DNA of 64,000 nt from an uncultured Gammaproteobacteria bacterium (GTDB taxonomy: Bacteria > Patescibacteriota > Patescibacteriia > UBA1558 > S5-K13): the NCBI GenBank assembly GCA_964640635.1, contig CAZXFD010000001.1, positions 248,306 to 312,305 on the forward strand, given 5' to 3'. Each line of letters begins with the position of its first letter. Position 1 is the stretch's first letter. Shown here piece after piece: positions 39,459 through 49,018 of the stretch. A model generated the notes under the pieces. The model was not told the DNA's origin and did no database searches. It was given only the letters and a program-made list of their open reading frames with translations. Both the position numbers and the translations under genes were made by a program.

Positions 39459-40199
39459 ATGTATTTCTTCATTGGAATTGTCGTATTTATTATTCTTGCT
39501 TCAATAAAGCAGATAAATCAATACGAAAGAGGTGTAAAATTTGGTTTGGGTAAATTTATTGGAATTATGGAGCCGGGCTGGAGACTTGTGATTCCTGTAT
39601 TTCAATCATATCAAAAAATAGATATGAGAATAAAGGCGGTTGATGTTCCAGATCAAGAAGCTATTACAAAAGACAATATCTCAGTAAAAGTAAATGCAGT
39701 TATCTATTACAAAGTAAGTCATGCTGAAAAAGCTATTATAGAAGTAGAAAACTTTTATTATGCAGTAAGTCAGCTTGCTCAGACAACAATGAGAAATGTA
39801 GTAGGAGAAGTAAATCTTGACGAATTATTATCAGGAAGAGAAGCAATTGCTGAGAAAATTAGATTAATAGTTGATAAAGCATCTGATGTTTGGGGAATTC
39901 AAGTGGATTCAGTAGAGCTAAAGGATGTAACCTTACCAGAAGAAATGAAAAGAGTTATAGGAAAACAAGCAGAGGCTGAAAGAGAAAAAAGATCTGTAAT
40001 TATCAAGGCAGAGGGAGAAGTAATAGCCGCTGAAAATCTTGCAAAAGCAGCAACAACTTTATCATCTTCCGATGGTGCGCTACATCTGCGAACGCTTTCT
40101 ACAATAAATGATGTAAGTTCTGATCAATCAAATACAATTGTTTTTGCCTTACCACTAGAGGTCCTTCGTGCTTTTGAGAGAATTGGAAAGAAAGAATAA
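39459..40199 (+). CDS. SPFH/band-7 (stomatin/prohibitin-like) membrane protein
   Basis: N-terminal TM helix followed by an SPFH domain (INQYERGVKFGLGKF ... DNISVKVNAVIYYKV). Confidence 0.8.
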   Translation: MYFFIGIVVFIILASIKQINQYERGVKFGLGKFIGIMEPGWRLVIPVFQSYQKIDMRIKAVDVPDQEAITKDNISVKVNAVIYYKVSHAEKAIIEVENFYYAVSQLAQTTMRNVVGEVNLDELLSGREAIAEKIRLIVDKASDVWGIQVDSVELKDVTLPEEMKRVIGKQAEAEREKRSVIIKAEGEVIAAENLAKAATTLSSSDGALHLRTLSTINDVSSDQSNTIVFALPLEVLRAFERIGKKE

Positions 40200-40611
40200 T
40201 TAACCTTTGATTTAACAAAAATTACGATAGTATTATCATAAATGTTTATAGTTAATAAAACTTAATATTAATCAAAAAAATATGAACATGGAAATGCCAG
40301 GTTTTGATACAATTCCTAAGCAGGAAAAATAATTAAATCAAGAGGATGAAAAGCTTTTTTATAGAATTGCCTATAAAAGTCTTCTAACTGGTGTAACAGG
40401 AGAAGGAAAGTATCAGGTGGGAGAAGACGCAATATCTTTGGGTGAACTTCAGGACATTGTTAAAAAAAGAAATAAAAAGCATAATGGAAAAATAGAGTAT
40501 TGGGTTGAATCAATAACGGCAAGCGATCTTGATAAACAATTAGCAAATCAAGCAAAAACTTTAGAAGATAAAATTGATTCTGATAAAATAGTCTGATTTT
40601 AAAATAATCAT

Positions 40612-40640
40612 AAAAAACCGTGTTAATTCACGGTTTTTTG
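40612..40640. terminator. Bidirectional terminator (ACCGTG-ttaatt-CACGGT flanked by A6/T6)
   Basis: Read directly from sequence. Confidence 0.55.
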
Positions 40641-40735
40641 TTTGATAAAAAATTTAAAGGAATTTCTCATTATTTATTTGACTTTTCAAGAAATTATAGT
40701 AGTATAAAAGGCAATATATTTAAAAGGGAGGAAAG

Positions 40736-40879
40736 ATGCCACCACTATGTCCTTATCCTGGAATGACAGATTATTCCGCTAATTGGTGTCGTAATTGTGA
40801 GTTTAGAGAAAAGTGTAAAAAAAAGAGGCAAACAAAGCGAAGATTTCGTAGAAGAAAACGAAATAGAAACAAAGGATAG
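40736..40879 (+). CDS. Small (47 aa) Cys-rich, extremely basic peptide
   Basis: Strong SD AGGGAGG; MPPLCPYPGMTDYSANWCRNCEFREKCKKKRQTKRRFRRRKRNRNKG. Confidence 0.35.
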   Translation: MPPLCPYPGMTDYSANWCRNCEFREKCKKKRQTKRRFRRRKRNRNKG

Positions 40880-40888
40880 GAGAGTTTA

Positions 40889-41053
40889 ATGTCTGTTTGT
40901 GTATTTTATATCAACTGCATGTATAATAGAAAATGCGAAATTGGTAGATATTATTCACACGATCCTCATAAACAAAGTATTGTTTCAAGGTCTGTTCGTA
41001 AAAAAAGTAAGAAAAATCGCAAAAGAAGATTTGAAAAAAGTCGAAGATCTTAA
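40889..41053 (+). CDS. Small (54 aa) Cys-rich basic peptide, paralogue-like of 40736 ORF
   Basis: SD GGAG; MSVCVFYINCMYNRKCEIGRYYSHDPHKQ...KKSKKNRKRRFEKSRRS. Competes with the different-frame track ORF 40899-41135. Confidence 0.3.
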   Translation: MSVCVFYINCMYNRKCEIGRYYSHDPHKQSIVSRSVRKKSKKNRKRRFEKSRRS

Positions 41054-41323
41054 GTATTTATATTCCGTCAGGTTAACTCATCTGACGGTTTTTTTATTGA
41101 TTTTTGGGCTATTGTCTGATAAGCTATTCATATAATAAATTGTCAATACAACCCCTATATAACAAATAGGTGGTCGTTTGGGGTTATAATAACAAATTAC
41201 CAATGACAAATTTCAAATCAAGTTTAAATATCAAATGATTAATGACAAATATTTTTTGAAATTTGAAATTTAGGCTTTGAAATTGATTTGATATTGGAAA
41301 TTTGATATTTGAAATTAAACAGT

Positions 41324-43234
41324 ATGTCATTATTCAAACTACATTCATCATTTAAACCTGCTGGTGATCAACCAGAGGCGATATTAAAACTCAAAAAAGG
41401 TCTTGAGAAAGGTTTTGATTTTCAGACACTAATGGGTGTAACAGGAAGTGGTAAGACATTTACGGTAGCAAATATTATATCAGAGCTTGATAAGCCAGTT
41501 CTTGTAATTGCACCAAATAAATCATTAGCAGCTCAGCTTTATCGTGAATACAAAAACTTTTTTCCTGAAAATGCGGTGCATTATTTTGTATCATATTATG
41601 ACTATTATCAGCCAGAAGCATATTTGCCAATCACCGATACTTATATTGATAAAGAAGCGATGATAAATCAGGAAATTGATAAACTTCGTCATGGTGCTAC
41701 AACGGCACTTTCAACAAGACGCGACGTAATAATAGTTGCATCCGTCTCTTGCATATACAATCTTGGAGTTCCTGAGAATTATCAAGAATCATCAATTCAT
41801 CTTGAAACAAATCAGGTTATTACACGAGCCGATTTAATATTTCAACTTATCAAAATTCATTTTGAAAGAACAAATGGGGTTTTAACTCGTGGCCAATTTA
41901 GAATAAGAGGCAATGTTTTTGAAATAAAACCAATGAATGAAGATATTACCTATAGAATAGAGCTAGAAGATCAAATAATACAAGATATTAATATAGTAGA
42001 TAATGTATCTCAAAATATTTTGGAAAACTTAAATGAGATACTGATATTTCCTCCCAAACATTTCATATCATCGGCTCCTCAAACAATGGAGGCTATAAAA
42101 AATATAAAAAGTGAATTAAAAGAAAGACTAGCTTATTTTAAAAGAAATAAATTATATCTTGAAGCAGAGAGAATTGAAAGACGCACAAAATATGACATTG
42201 AAATGATGAAATCAATTGGCTATTGTCATGGGATAGAAAATTACTCTCGTCATTTATCTGGAAAGCTTGCAGGAGAAGCACCCGACTCTCTTTTGGCATA
42301 TTTTCCCAAAGTTGATGGAAAACCAGATTTTCTTACAATAATAGACGAATCACATATTGCAGTTCCACAAATTGGTGGAATGTATGCAGGTGATAAAAGT
42401 AGAAAACAGAATCTTGTTCAATATGGTTGGAGACTTCCATCAGCGCTTGATAATAGACCCCTTAGATTTACTGAATTTAGAGCTCGTGTTGGACAGGTTA
42501 TTTTCACAACAGCAACGCCAGGAAAGTTTGAAGTAGAGAATTCAAAGGTCGTTATAGAGCAAATTATACGTCCTACAGGGCTTATTGATCCAGAAGTTGA
42601 AATAAGACCCGTCTTTGATAAAAAGCGCAATAGAAGCCAAATAAATGACATAATGGATGAGATAGAAAGACTTGCAAAAAAGAATGAAAGAACTATTGTT
42701 AATACTCTTACAAAAAAACAAGCAGAGGACTTACATGCATATTTGACAGAAAGAAAGTTTAGATCAAATTATGTTCACTCTGATGTAAAAACATTTGAAA
42801 GAAATGAGATATTAAAAAACTTTCGTCTTGGAAAATTTGATGTGTTAATTGGAGTAAATTTACTTCGTGAAGGGCTTGATTTACCAGAAGTAACTCTTGT
42901 CGCAATTTTAGACGCAGATCGTGAAGGATTTCTAAGATCAGAGACATCACTAATGCAGACAATGGGTCGTGCAGCTAGAAATGTAAAAGGAAAAATAATT
43001 CTTTATGCTGATGAAACAACTGACTCAATGAAAAAGGCAATAAAAGAAGTAGAGCGTCGTAGAAAAAAACAAATTGAATATAATACGAAGTACAATATAA
43101 CGCCAAAGACTATTAAAAAAGATATTGAAGATTTCTTGGATATTTCAACTGAAGATGATAGAAATGTCAAATTACAAATGTCAAATATCAAATCAATATC
43201 AAAGATTAAAAAATCAAAAGTCAAAAGAATTTGA
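41324..43234 (+). CDS. uvrB: Excinuclease ABC subunit B
   Basis: [20 protein letters not shown] ... GVTGSGKT ... helicase motifs; C-terminal UVR-domain-like tail. The true start is the ATG at 41324; the track opens at a TTG at 41309. Confidence 0.95.
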   Translation: MSLFKLHSSFKPAGDQPEAILKLKKGLEKGFDFQTLMGVTGSGKTFTVANIISELDKPVLVIAPNKSLAAQLYREYKNFFPENAVHYFVSYYDYYQPEAYLPITDTYIDKEAMINQEIDKLRHGATTALSTRRDVIIVASVSCIYNLGVPENYQESSIHLETNQVITRADLIFQLIKIHFERTNGVLTRGQFRIRGNVFEIKPMNEDITYRIELEDQIIQDINIVDNVSQNILENLNEILIFPPKHFISSAPQTMEAIKNIKSELKERLAYFKRNKLYLEAERIERRTKYDIEMMKSIGYCHGIENYSRHLSGKLAGEAPDSLLAYFPKVDGKPDFLTIIDESHIAVPQIGGMYAGDKSRKQNLVQYGWRLPSALDNRPLRFTEFRARVGQVIFTTATPGKFEVENSKVVIEQIIRPTGLIDPEVEIRPVFDKKRNRSQINDIMDEIERLAKKNERTIVNTLTKKQAEDLHAYLTERKFRSNYVHSDVKTFERNEILKNFRLGKFDVLIGVNLLREGLDLPEVTLVAILDADREGFLRSETSLMQTMGRAARNVKGKIILYADETTDSMKKAIKEVERRRKKQIEYNTKYNITPKTIKKDIEDFLDISTEDDRNVKLQMSNIKSISKIKKSKVKRI

Positions 43235-43262
43235 AATTAAATAATTTGATATTTGGATTTGA

Positions 43263-43293
43263 TTTGACATTGGATATTGGAAATTTGTAATTA
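43263..43293 (+). promoter_or_regulatory. Sigma70-like promoter for uvrA (TTGACA-17-GTAATT/TAATTA) embedded in TTTGAAATT-type repeats
   Basis: Read directly from sequence. Confidence 0.4.
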
Positions 43294-43301
43294 ATACATA
43301 T

Positions 43302-45800
43302 ATGAACGAACAAATTATAATAAAGGGTGCTCGGATGCATAATCTAAAAAATATAGATTTAGAAATTCCGCACAATAAATTAACAGTAATAACTGGACTC
43401 TCTGGTAGCGGGAAGTCATCTCTTGCTTTTGATACAATTTTTGCTGAAGGGCAACGTCAATATGTTGAGTCATTGTCTCCTTATATGAGACAATTTTTGG
43501 GTCAGAAAAAACCCGCTGATGTAGATGAAATAATAGGACTTGCTCCATCAATTTCTATTGATCAAAAAGCTTTATCACACAATCCCAGATCTACAGTTGG
43601 AACACTTACTGATATTTATGATTACTTGAGAATTCTTTATGCAAGAGTTGGTGAAGTGTTTTGTCCATTATGTGGAACAAAAATAGAAAAATTATCTCTT
43701 GAGGAAATGATAGATATAATTATTTCTAAAAAAGTAGGTGATAAAGATTTCGCAGTAATACTTTCTCCAATAGTAATGGATAGAAAAGGAGAATATTATC
43801 AAATGCTTTATGATTATCTAAAACTTGGATACGGTGAAGCAAGAATCGACGGTGAGATGAAGTCACTTCGAGAAAAAGTAATTATTTCTCCTACTAAAAA
43901 ACATAGTATTGATCTAGTTGTAGATAAAGTATTGCTAAGCGATGAAACACGACTTTTTGAAGCTGTAGAAAATTCGCTTGCATATAGTAAAGGACTTGTA
44001 ATAGTTCAGATAAATGATGAAGAATTTTTGTTATCCTCAAACTGGACTTGTCCAAATGATAATTTCTCATTTCCAGAAGTAGAGCCAAGATTATTTTCAT
44101 TTAATTCTCCACACGGTGCTTGCACACAATGTTTTGGACTTGGAAAAGTAGGATTTAAAGGAAAAATATGTGATAAGTGTCATGGATTAAGACTAAGAGA
44201 TGAAGCATTATCTGTGCGAATAAACAAAAAAAATATTGCAGAAGTCTGTAATCTTACAATAGATAAAGCAGTAGACTTTTTCAAATCTTTTCAGAATAAA
44301 ATGACAAAGCGTCAAACTGAGATTGCAGACCTTGTAGTAAAGCAAATTATAAATAGATATGAATTTTTGCTAAAAGTAGGGCTTCATTATTTGAGCCTTG
44401 ATAGAGAAGCAGAAACACTATCCGGTGGAGAAGCACAGCGTATAAGATTGTCATCGCAAATTGGATCTCATTTGTCTCGTACTCTTTATGTGCTTGATGA
44501 GCCTACAATAGGACTTCATGAAAGAGATACTGACAAATTGATTGAAACCTTAAAAGCGCTACGCGACAAAAACAACACTGTAATAATAGTTGAACACGAC
44601 GAGAGAACAATACTTGAATCAGACTATTTTGTAGATCTTGGACCTCTTGCAGGAGTTCACGGTGGAGAAGTAGTAGCAATTGGAGATACTCTTGATCTAA
44701 TAGACTCTAAGAATAAGAAGTTCGACAAATCTTTGACCCTTCAATATTTAAGAGGTACAAGAAAAATAGAATTACCTGCACATAGACGAGATAAAAATAA
44801 AGGCTCGCTAAAAATAGTAGGAGCAAAAGCAAATAATCTAAAGGGAATAAATGTTGAAATTCCACTTGGTCGTATGATTGGTATTACTGGAGTTTCAGGA
44901 AGTGGTAAGTCATCACTTATCTATGATGTGCTTTATAAAAATATCATTAAGATACAACATAGACCTACAAAACCAAATTTAGAAAATGTGAAAGAAATAA
45001 AAGGGCTTGAGTATGTTGATAAGCTAGTAATTATAAATCAATCACCAATAGGACGAACTCCGAGATCAAATCCAGCAACATACACTGGAATATTTTCACC
45101 TATCAGAGAATTCTTTGCAGAACTTCCTGAGTCCCGTGAAAGAGCATACACATTATCTCGTTTTTCATTCAATCGCGCAGGTGGAAGATGTGAAGCGTGC
45201 TCAGGTGCAGGGTTTAATCTTATAGAAATGCATTTCTTGCCACCAGTACTTGTAGAGTGTGAAGTATGTCATGGAAGAAGATTCAATCGTGAAACACTTC
45301 AAGTAAAATACAAAAATCATAGCATTGCTGAGGTGTTAGACCTGACAATTGATGAGGCATACAAACTTTTTGATGGAAATTATTATATTACTGATAAACT
45401 AAAAGTTCTAATAGAAGTGGGACTAGGGTATTTGAAATTAGGACAATCTGCGACAACTCTTTCAGGTGGAGAAGCTCAGCGTATAAAACTCGCAAAAGAG
45501 CTTACAAATACACTTGGAAAACGCACATTATACTTGTTGGATGAGCCAACAACAGGACTTCATTATCATGATATTGAATTATTGCTTCACGTGCTAAACA
45601 AACTTGTAGAACGTGGGAACACAATTCTGATTATTGAGCATAATTTGCATGTTATAAAATCAATGGATTATATAATAGATCTTGGTCCTGATGGTGGAGA
45701 AAATGGAGGAAGGGTGATTGCTTATGGAACACCAGAGGAAATAGCAAATAATAGTAAAAGTGTTACGGGAGAATATTTGAAGCCGTACTTAAAGAAATAG
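43302..45800 (+). CDS. uvrA: Excinuclease ABC subunit A
   Basis: Two ABC modules ([10 protein letters not shown]; LSGGEAQR x2) and zinc modules CxxC; 832 aa. Confidence 0.95.
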   Translation: MNEQIIIKGARMHNLKNIDLEIPHNKLTVITGLSGSGKSSLAFDTIFAEGQRQYVESLSPYMRQFLGQKKPADVDEIIGLAPSISIDQKALSHNPRSTVGTLTDIYDYLRILYARVGEVFCPLCGTKIEKLSLEEMIDIIISKKVGDKDFAVILSPIVMDRKGEYYQMLYDYLKLGYGEARIDGEMKSLREKVIISPTKKHSIDLVVDKVLLSDETRLFEAVENSLAYSKGLVIVQINDEEFLLSSNWTCPNDNFSFPEVEPRLFSFNSPHGACTQCFGLGKVGFKGKICDKCHGLRLRDEALSVRINKKNIAEVCNLTIDKAVDFFKSFQNKMTKRQTEIADLVVKQIINRYEFLLKVGLHYLSLDREAETLSGGEAQRIRLSSQIGSHLSRTLYVLDEPTIGLHERDTDKLIETLKALRDKNNTVIIVEHDERTILESDYFVDLGPLAGVHGGEVVAIGDTLDLIDSKNKKFDKSLTLQYLRGTRKIELPAHRRDKNKGSLKIVGAKANNLKGINVEIPLGRMIGITGVSGSGKSSLIYDVLYKNIIKIQHRPTKPNLENVKEIKGLEYVDKLVIINQSPIGRTPRSNPATYTGIFSPIREFFAELPESRERAYTLSRFSFNRAGGRCEACSGAGFNLIEMHFLPPVLVECEVCHGRRFNRETLQVKYKNHSIAEVLDLTIDEAYKLFDGNYYITDKLKVLIEVGLGYLKLGQSATTLSGGEAQRIKLAKELTNTLGKRTLYLLDEPTTGLHYHDIELLLHVLNKLVERGNTILIIEHNLHVIKSMDYIIDLGPDGGENGGRVIAYGTPEEIANNSKSVTGEYLKPYLKK

Positions 45801-45950
45801 TTATTGGCATAAGCACTAAATACGAAATATGAAGCACGAAACAATATTGAAATCAGAAATTTGAAATTATAAACCGTTTGAATTTTATGATTTAAGTATT
45901 TGAGATTTGTTTCGAATTTCGATATTATAATTTAGTGCTTCTTTCTAAAG
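45801..45950. repeat. MITE-like 150-bp insertion with terminal inverted repeats, flanked by duplicated uvrA 3' ends
   Basis: Terminal inverted repeats AAGCACTAAAT at 45811-45821 and ATTTAGTGCTT at 45930-45940. The uvrA 3' end GGrGAATATTTGAAGCCGTAyTTAAAGA at 45768-45795 is duplicated at 45951-45978, and both copies end in a stop codon. Confidence 0.45.
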
Positions 45951-46071
45951 GGGGAATATTTGAAGCCGTATTTAAAGAGGTAAAAACTATATTGCTTTTT
46001 AAAACAAAAGTTGTAAAATAAATACAAAGGCCGTAAAAGGCTTTTTTATTTAACTAAAAAATATCCAATGT

Positions 46072-46698
46072 ATGTTAGTTTTCATAGATGATTCTGGAGA
46101 CCCAGGATTTAAAATAGAAAAAGGCTCCACACCATATTTTGTTATTTCCATGGTTATATTTGACGATAATCTAGAAGCAGAAAAAACGGCTATTGCTATT
46201 AAAGAATTAAAAAGAAAAATACATTTTAGTGAAAATACTGAATTTAGATTTTTTAAAACGAGTTCAATTAATAAGAAGAAATTTTTAAATGTTATTAATG
46301 ATTTTAAATTTCGTGTTAGGTGTTTGGTCGTTGATAAATCTCTTATAAAAAGTCGGGAACTAAAACAAAATAAAAATTCTTTTTATTCATATTTCATTAA
46401 AGAGGTTTTGAGAAATAATAATGATACAATCTTAAACGCAAAAATAAAAATTGACGGCAGTGGCGACAGGATATTTAGACAAAATTTTCTTACATATTTA
46501 AGAAAAGAATTAAATTTAAGAGATAAAATCATAATGAAGCAATGTAAGATGATTGATTCAAAAAAAGATGTATTAATACAAATGGCTGACATGGTAGCTG
46601 GTAGTATAAATAGATTTTATAATAATGATAAAAAAGATAATATTATTTATAAAAATATAATAAAAAAGCACATAGAGGATGAGTGGAAATTCAAGTAA
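46072..46698 (+). CDS. DUF3800 family protein
   Basis: N-terminal MLVFIDDSGDPGF (DUF3800 hallmark) and QMADMVAG C-terminal motif. Confidence 0.6.
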   Translation: MLVFIDDSGDPGFKIEKGSTPYFVISMVIFDDNLEAEKTAIAIKELKRKIHFSENTEFRFFKTSSINKKKFLNVINDFKFRVRCLVVDKSLIKSRELKQNKNSFYSYFIKEVLRNNNDTILNAKIKIDGSGDRIFRQNFLTYLRKELNLRDKIIMKQCKMIDSKKDVLIQMADMVAGSINRFYNNDKKDNIIYKNIIKKHIEDEWKFK

Positions 46699-46705
46699 TA
46701 AAAAA

Positions 46706-46726
46706 ACCTCCTAAAAAGGAGTTTTT
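46706..46726 (+). terminator. Rho-independent terminator (CTCCT-aaaa-AGGAG + T5)
   Basis: Read directly from sequence. Confidence 0.5.
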
Positions 46727-46953
46727 CCAACCACGTCTCTATACTAGTTGTCCTAGTCACGCCACCATCCGGTGACAGTTCAAGATACAGGTTTATGTAA
46801 TTACATTATATCTTACGTAAGATAGCTTGTCAATAACCCTTTAAATAAAGGGTATTTTATATATAAATTATTCGTATAATTAGTACCATTGGTATATTGG
46901 CATTGTATGTTCATTCGTATAATTGCTTTTTAGCTTAAAAAATGGGAAAATAG

Positions 46954-47748
46954 ATGTATGATTTTTATCTTTTTTATATGCAATTACTTTTTAATACAGA
47001 ATTAGCAAATAACTATAACAGTGCGTCTCAGAAAATAAGAATTTTAACAGAGAATTGGGTTGATAATCATATTTTTTGTCCAAATTGTGGAAATTTGAGT
47101 ATTGATAAATATCCAAATAATCAGCCAGTAGCTGATTTTTATTGTTTTAATTGCAATGAAGATTATGAATTAAAGAGTAAAAAAGATACTATTGGAAACA
47201 AAATTGTAGATGGTGCCTATAAGACAATGATTGAAAGATTGAAAAGTAATAATAATCCAAATTTTTTCTTTTTAAATTATGGTTTAACAAATTTTGAAGT
47301 AATAAATTTTTTGGTTATTCCAAAACATTTTTTTATTCCAAGTATTATTGAAAAAAGAAAACCACTTTCAAATACAGCGCAACGCGCTGGTTGGGTTGGG
47401 TGTAATGTTATTCTTAAAAATATTCCTGAGACTGGAAAGATATTTTTTGTTCGCGATAAACAAATTGAGAAAAAAGAAAATGTTTTATCTAATTGGAAGA
47501 AAACATTATTTTTAAGAGAAGAAAATGAAATTCCTACAAAAGGTTGGTTACTAGATATAATGCGATGTCTTGATAAAATAAACAAAAAAGAATTTACACT
47601 TGATGATGTATATATCTTTGAAAATGAATTAAGTAAATTACACTCAGATAATAAACATATAAAAGATAAAATTAGACAACAATTACAAATTCTAAGAGAT
47701 AAAAATTATTTAGATTTTGTATCTCGTGGTTATTATAAAATGAATTAA
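46954..47748 (+). CDS. PD-(D/E)XK restriction endonuclease-like protein, DpnI/Dam-replacing-family-like, with an embedded Cys4 zinc ribbon
   Basis: The motifs CPNCG...VADFYCFNCNEDYELKSKK give D-x11-E-x-K spacing inside a Cys4 ribbon. The C-terminal KIRQQLQILRDK resembles the DpnI wH domain. Similarity is recalled from memory, not searched. Confidence 0.45.
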   Translation: MYDFYLFYMQLLFNTELANNYNSASQKIRILTENWVDNHIFCPNCGNLSIDKYPNNQPVADFYCFNCNEDYELKSKKDTIGNKIVDGAYKTMIERLKSNNNPNFFFLNYGLTNFEVINFLVIPKHFFIPSIIEKRKPLSNTAQRAGWVGCNVILKNIPETGKIFFVRDKQIEKKENVLSNWKKTLFLREENEIPTKGWLLDIMRCLDKINKKEFTLDDVYIFENELSKLHSDNKHIKDKIRQQLQILRDKNYLDFVSRGYYKMN

Positions 47749-47773
47749 ATGATAAACTTAAAAATTTTAAATA

Positions 47774-48190
47774 ATGTTAGATAATAATTTTCAATACAAA
47801 TCTGATTATAAATATTATTTAGATAAATTAGCAAATGGAGACGAAATTTTATTTAAAAAGAAATTTTTAAAACTTTTTGATTTTAGAGAGCCGATAGTAA
47901 AAAGAAAAGAGTTCAATAAAATAAGAAATAAAGTATTTAAAGAATTGGTTAGTAAGTACGGCAAAAGATGTCAATTAAATTTATCTCCAAATTGTGGAAA
48001 AGTTGAATTATTTGATGTTGATCATTTTATTCCACTTTCAACTAATGTCTTAAACAAAGAATTAAGACATTTACAAGCAGAAAAAGGACACAAAGTAAAA
48101 AGTCAAAGCTTTGGTTCAAATGATATTTCAAATTTAAGAATTGCTTGTAAAAAATGTAATAGCTTTAAAAAGCATAGAATCTTTTTGTAA
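47774..48190 (+). CDS. HNH endonuclease
   Basis: CxxC ... DVDHFIPLS ... N ... CKKCNSFKKHR (HNH with zinc-ligating Cys pairs). Confidence 0.6.
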   Translation: MLDNNFQYKSDYKYYLDKLANGDEILFKKKFLKLFDFREPIVKRKEFNKIRNKVFKELVSKYGKRCQLNLSPNCGKVELFDVDHFIPLSTNVLNKELRHLQAEKGHKVKSQSFGSNDISNLRIACKKCNSFKKHRIFL

Positions 48191-48366
48191 GTTTATAACC
48201 CACATGAAAATTAAAAAACTACTATACCTAATTCCATTAATACTATTCGGTATTTTTGTATTTATATATGGCGGATATGATGATAGTCCTGGTGCACAAG
48301 GATTGGGATTATTATTCGTGATTCTCGGGATTGTAGGGATAGTGAAGAAAAAGAAAAATAAATAAA

Positions 48367-48933
48367 TTATTTTTTATTGTTTCTATCGCAATCCCAATTT
48401 CTGGGGTTGTTTTTTATATATTCACGAATATTGTATAAATCCAGTTCTGTATGAATAATGTGTTCGTAATATGATTTTTGCCAACGAAAATATATTGCGT
48501 GATTTACCAAATTGATTTTTTTGGATGAAAACGTTTTAAATCCCCGAATCATTTCAAATAATGAATATTTTTTGTATCCCGTAGAGGCGGGTTTGTAACT
48601 CGCCTCTGAGATGGGTTGTAAACCCATCTCTACGTGGTTCGTGTGGCGAATACGTTTTATTTGTATTATCCCGTGGAAATGATTCGGCATTATTACATAC
48701 GAATCCAAAATACAATTTTTATAATGATTTGGTAAATCGCGCCAGCAATGTTTCACAATATACCCATATTTATTCAATGTCATTTTTCCATCTATGATTT
48801 CACCAAAACAATTAACCATATTTTTGGTACAAATAGTAACAAAATAAAAACCAGGATCAGAATAATCCCAGTATTTAAGACGAGTAGATTCAATTCTATA
48901 TTTATTTTTAAACAAAATAAGGTCCTTGTTCAT
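48367..48933 (-). CDS. tnpA: IS200/IS605-family HUH Y1 transposase (RAYT-like)
   Basis: HUH motif IMPNHFHGIIQI; catalytic-Tyr region SYYEHIIH...Y; helix FEMIRGFKTFSSKKIN; carries an atypical ~20-aa in-frame insertion encoded by two hairpins. Confidence 0.6.
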   Translation of the reverse strand: MNKDLILFKNKYRIESTRLKYWDYSDPGFYFVTICTKNMVNCFGEIIDGKMTLNKYGYIVKHCWRDLPNHYKNCILDSYVIMPNHFHGIIQIKRIRHTNHVEMGLQPISEASYKPASTGYKKYSLFEMIRGFKTFSSKKINLVNHAIYFRWQKSYYEHIIHTELDLYNIREYIKNNPRNWDCDRNNKK

Positions 48934-49018
48934 AAATTTGCTTTTCTATTTGTATATTATTATTTCTAATTTATATGTCAATATGGTCAAAAAATAGGAT
49001 TTATTATAATATTAATCC

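Noticed and set aside
40899-41135. 78-aa plus-strand ORF from the track
   Set aside because: It is in a different frame from the SD-preceded 54-aa Cys-rich peptide ORF (40889-41053). It is retained only as an alternative and not called, because it has no RBS and a hydrophobic, low-information translation.
48141-48365. 74-aa ORF overlapping the HNH gene end
   Set aside because: The first 21 codons overlap the HNH CDS. A shorter version (start ~48204) could be a small membrane peptide (two TM helices), but without support I did not call it.
48748-48969. 73-aa plus-strand ORF
   Set aside because: Antisense to the RAYT/IS200-like transposase gene.
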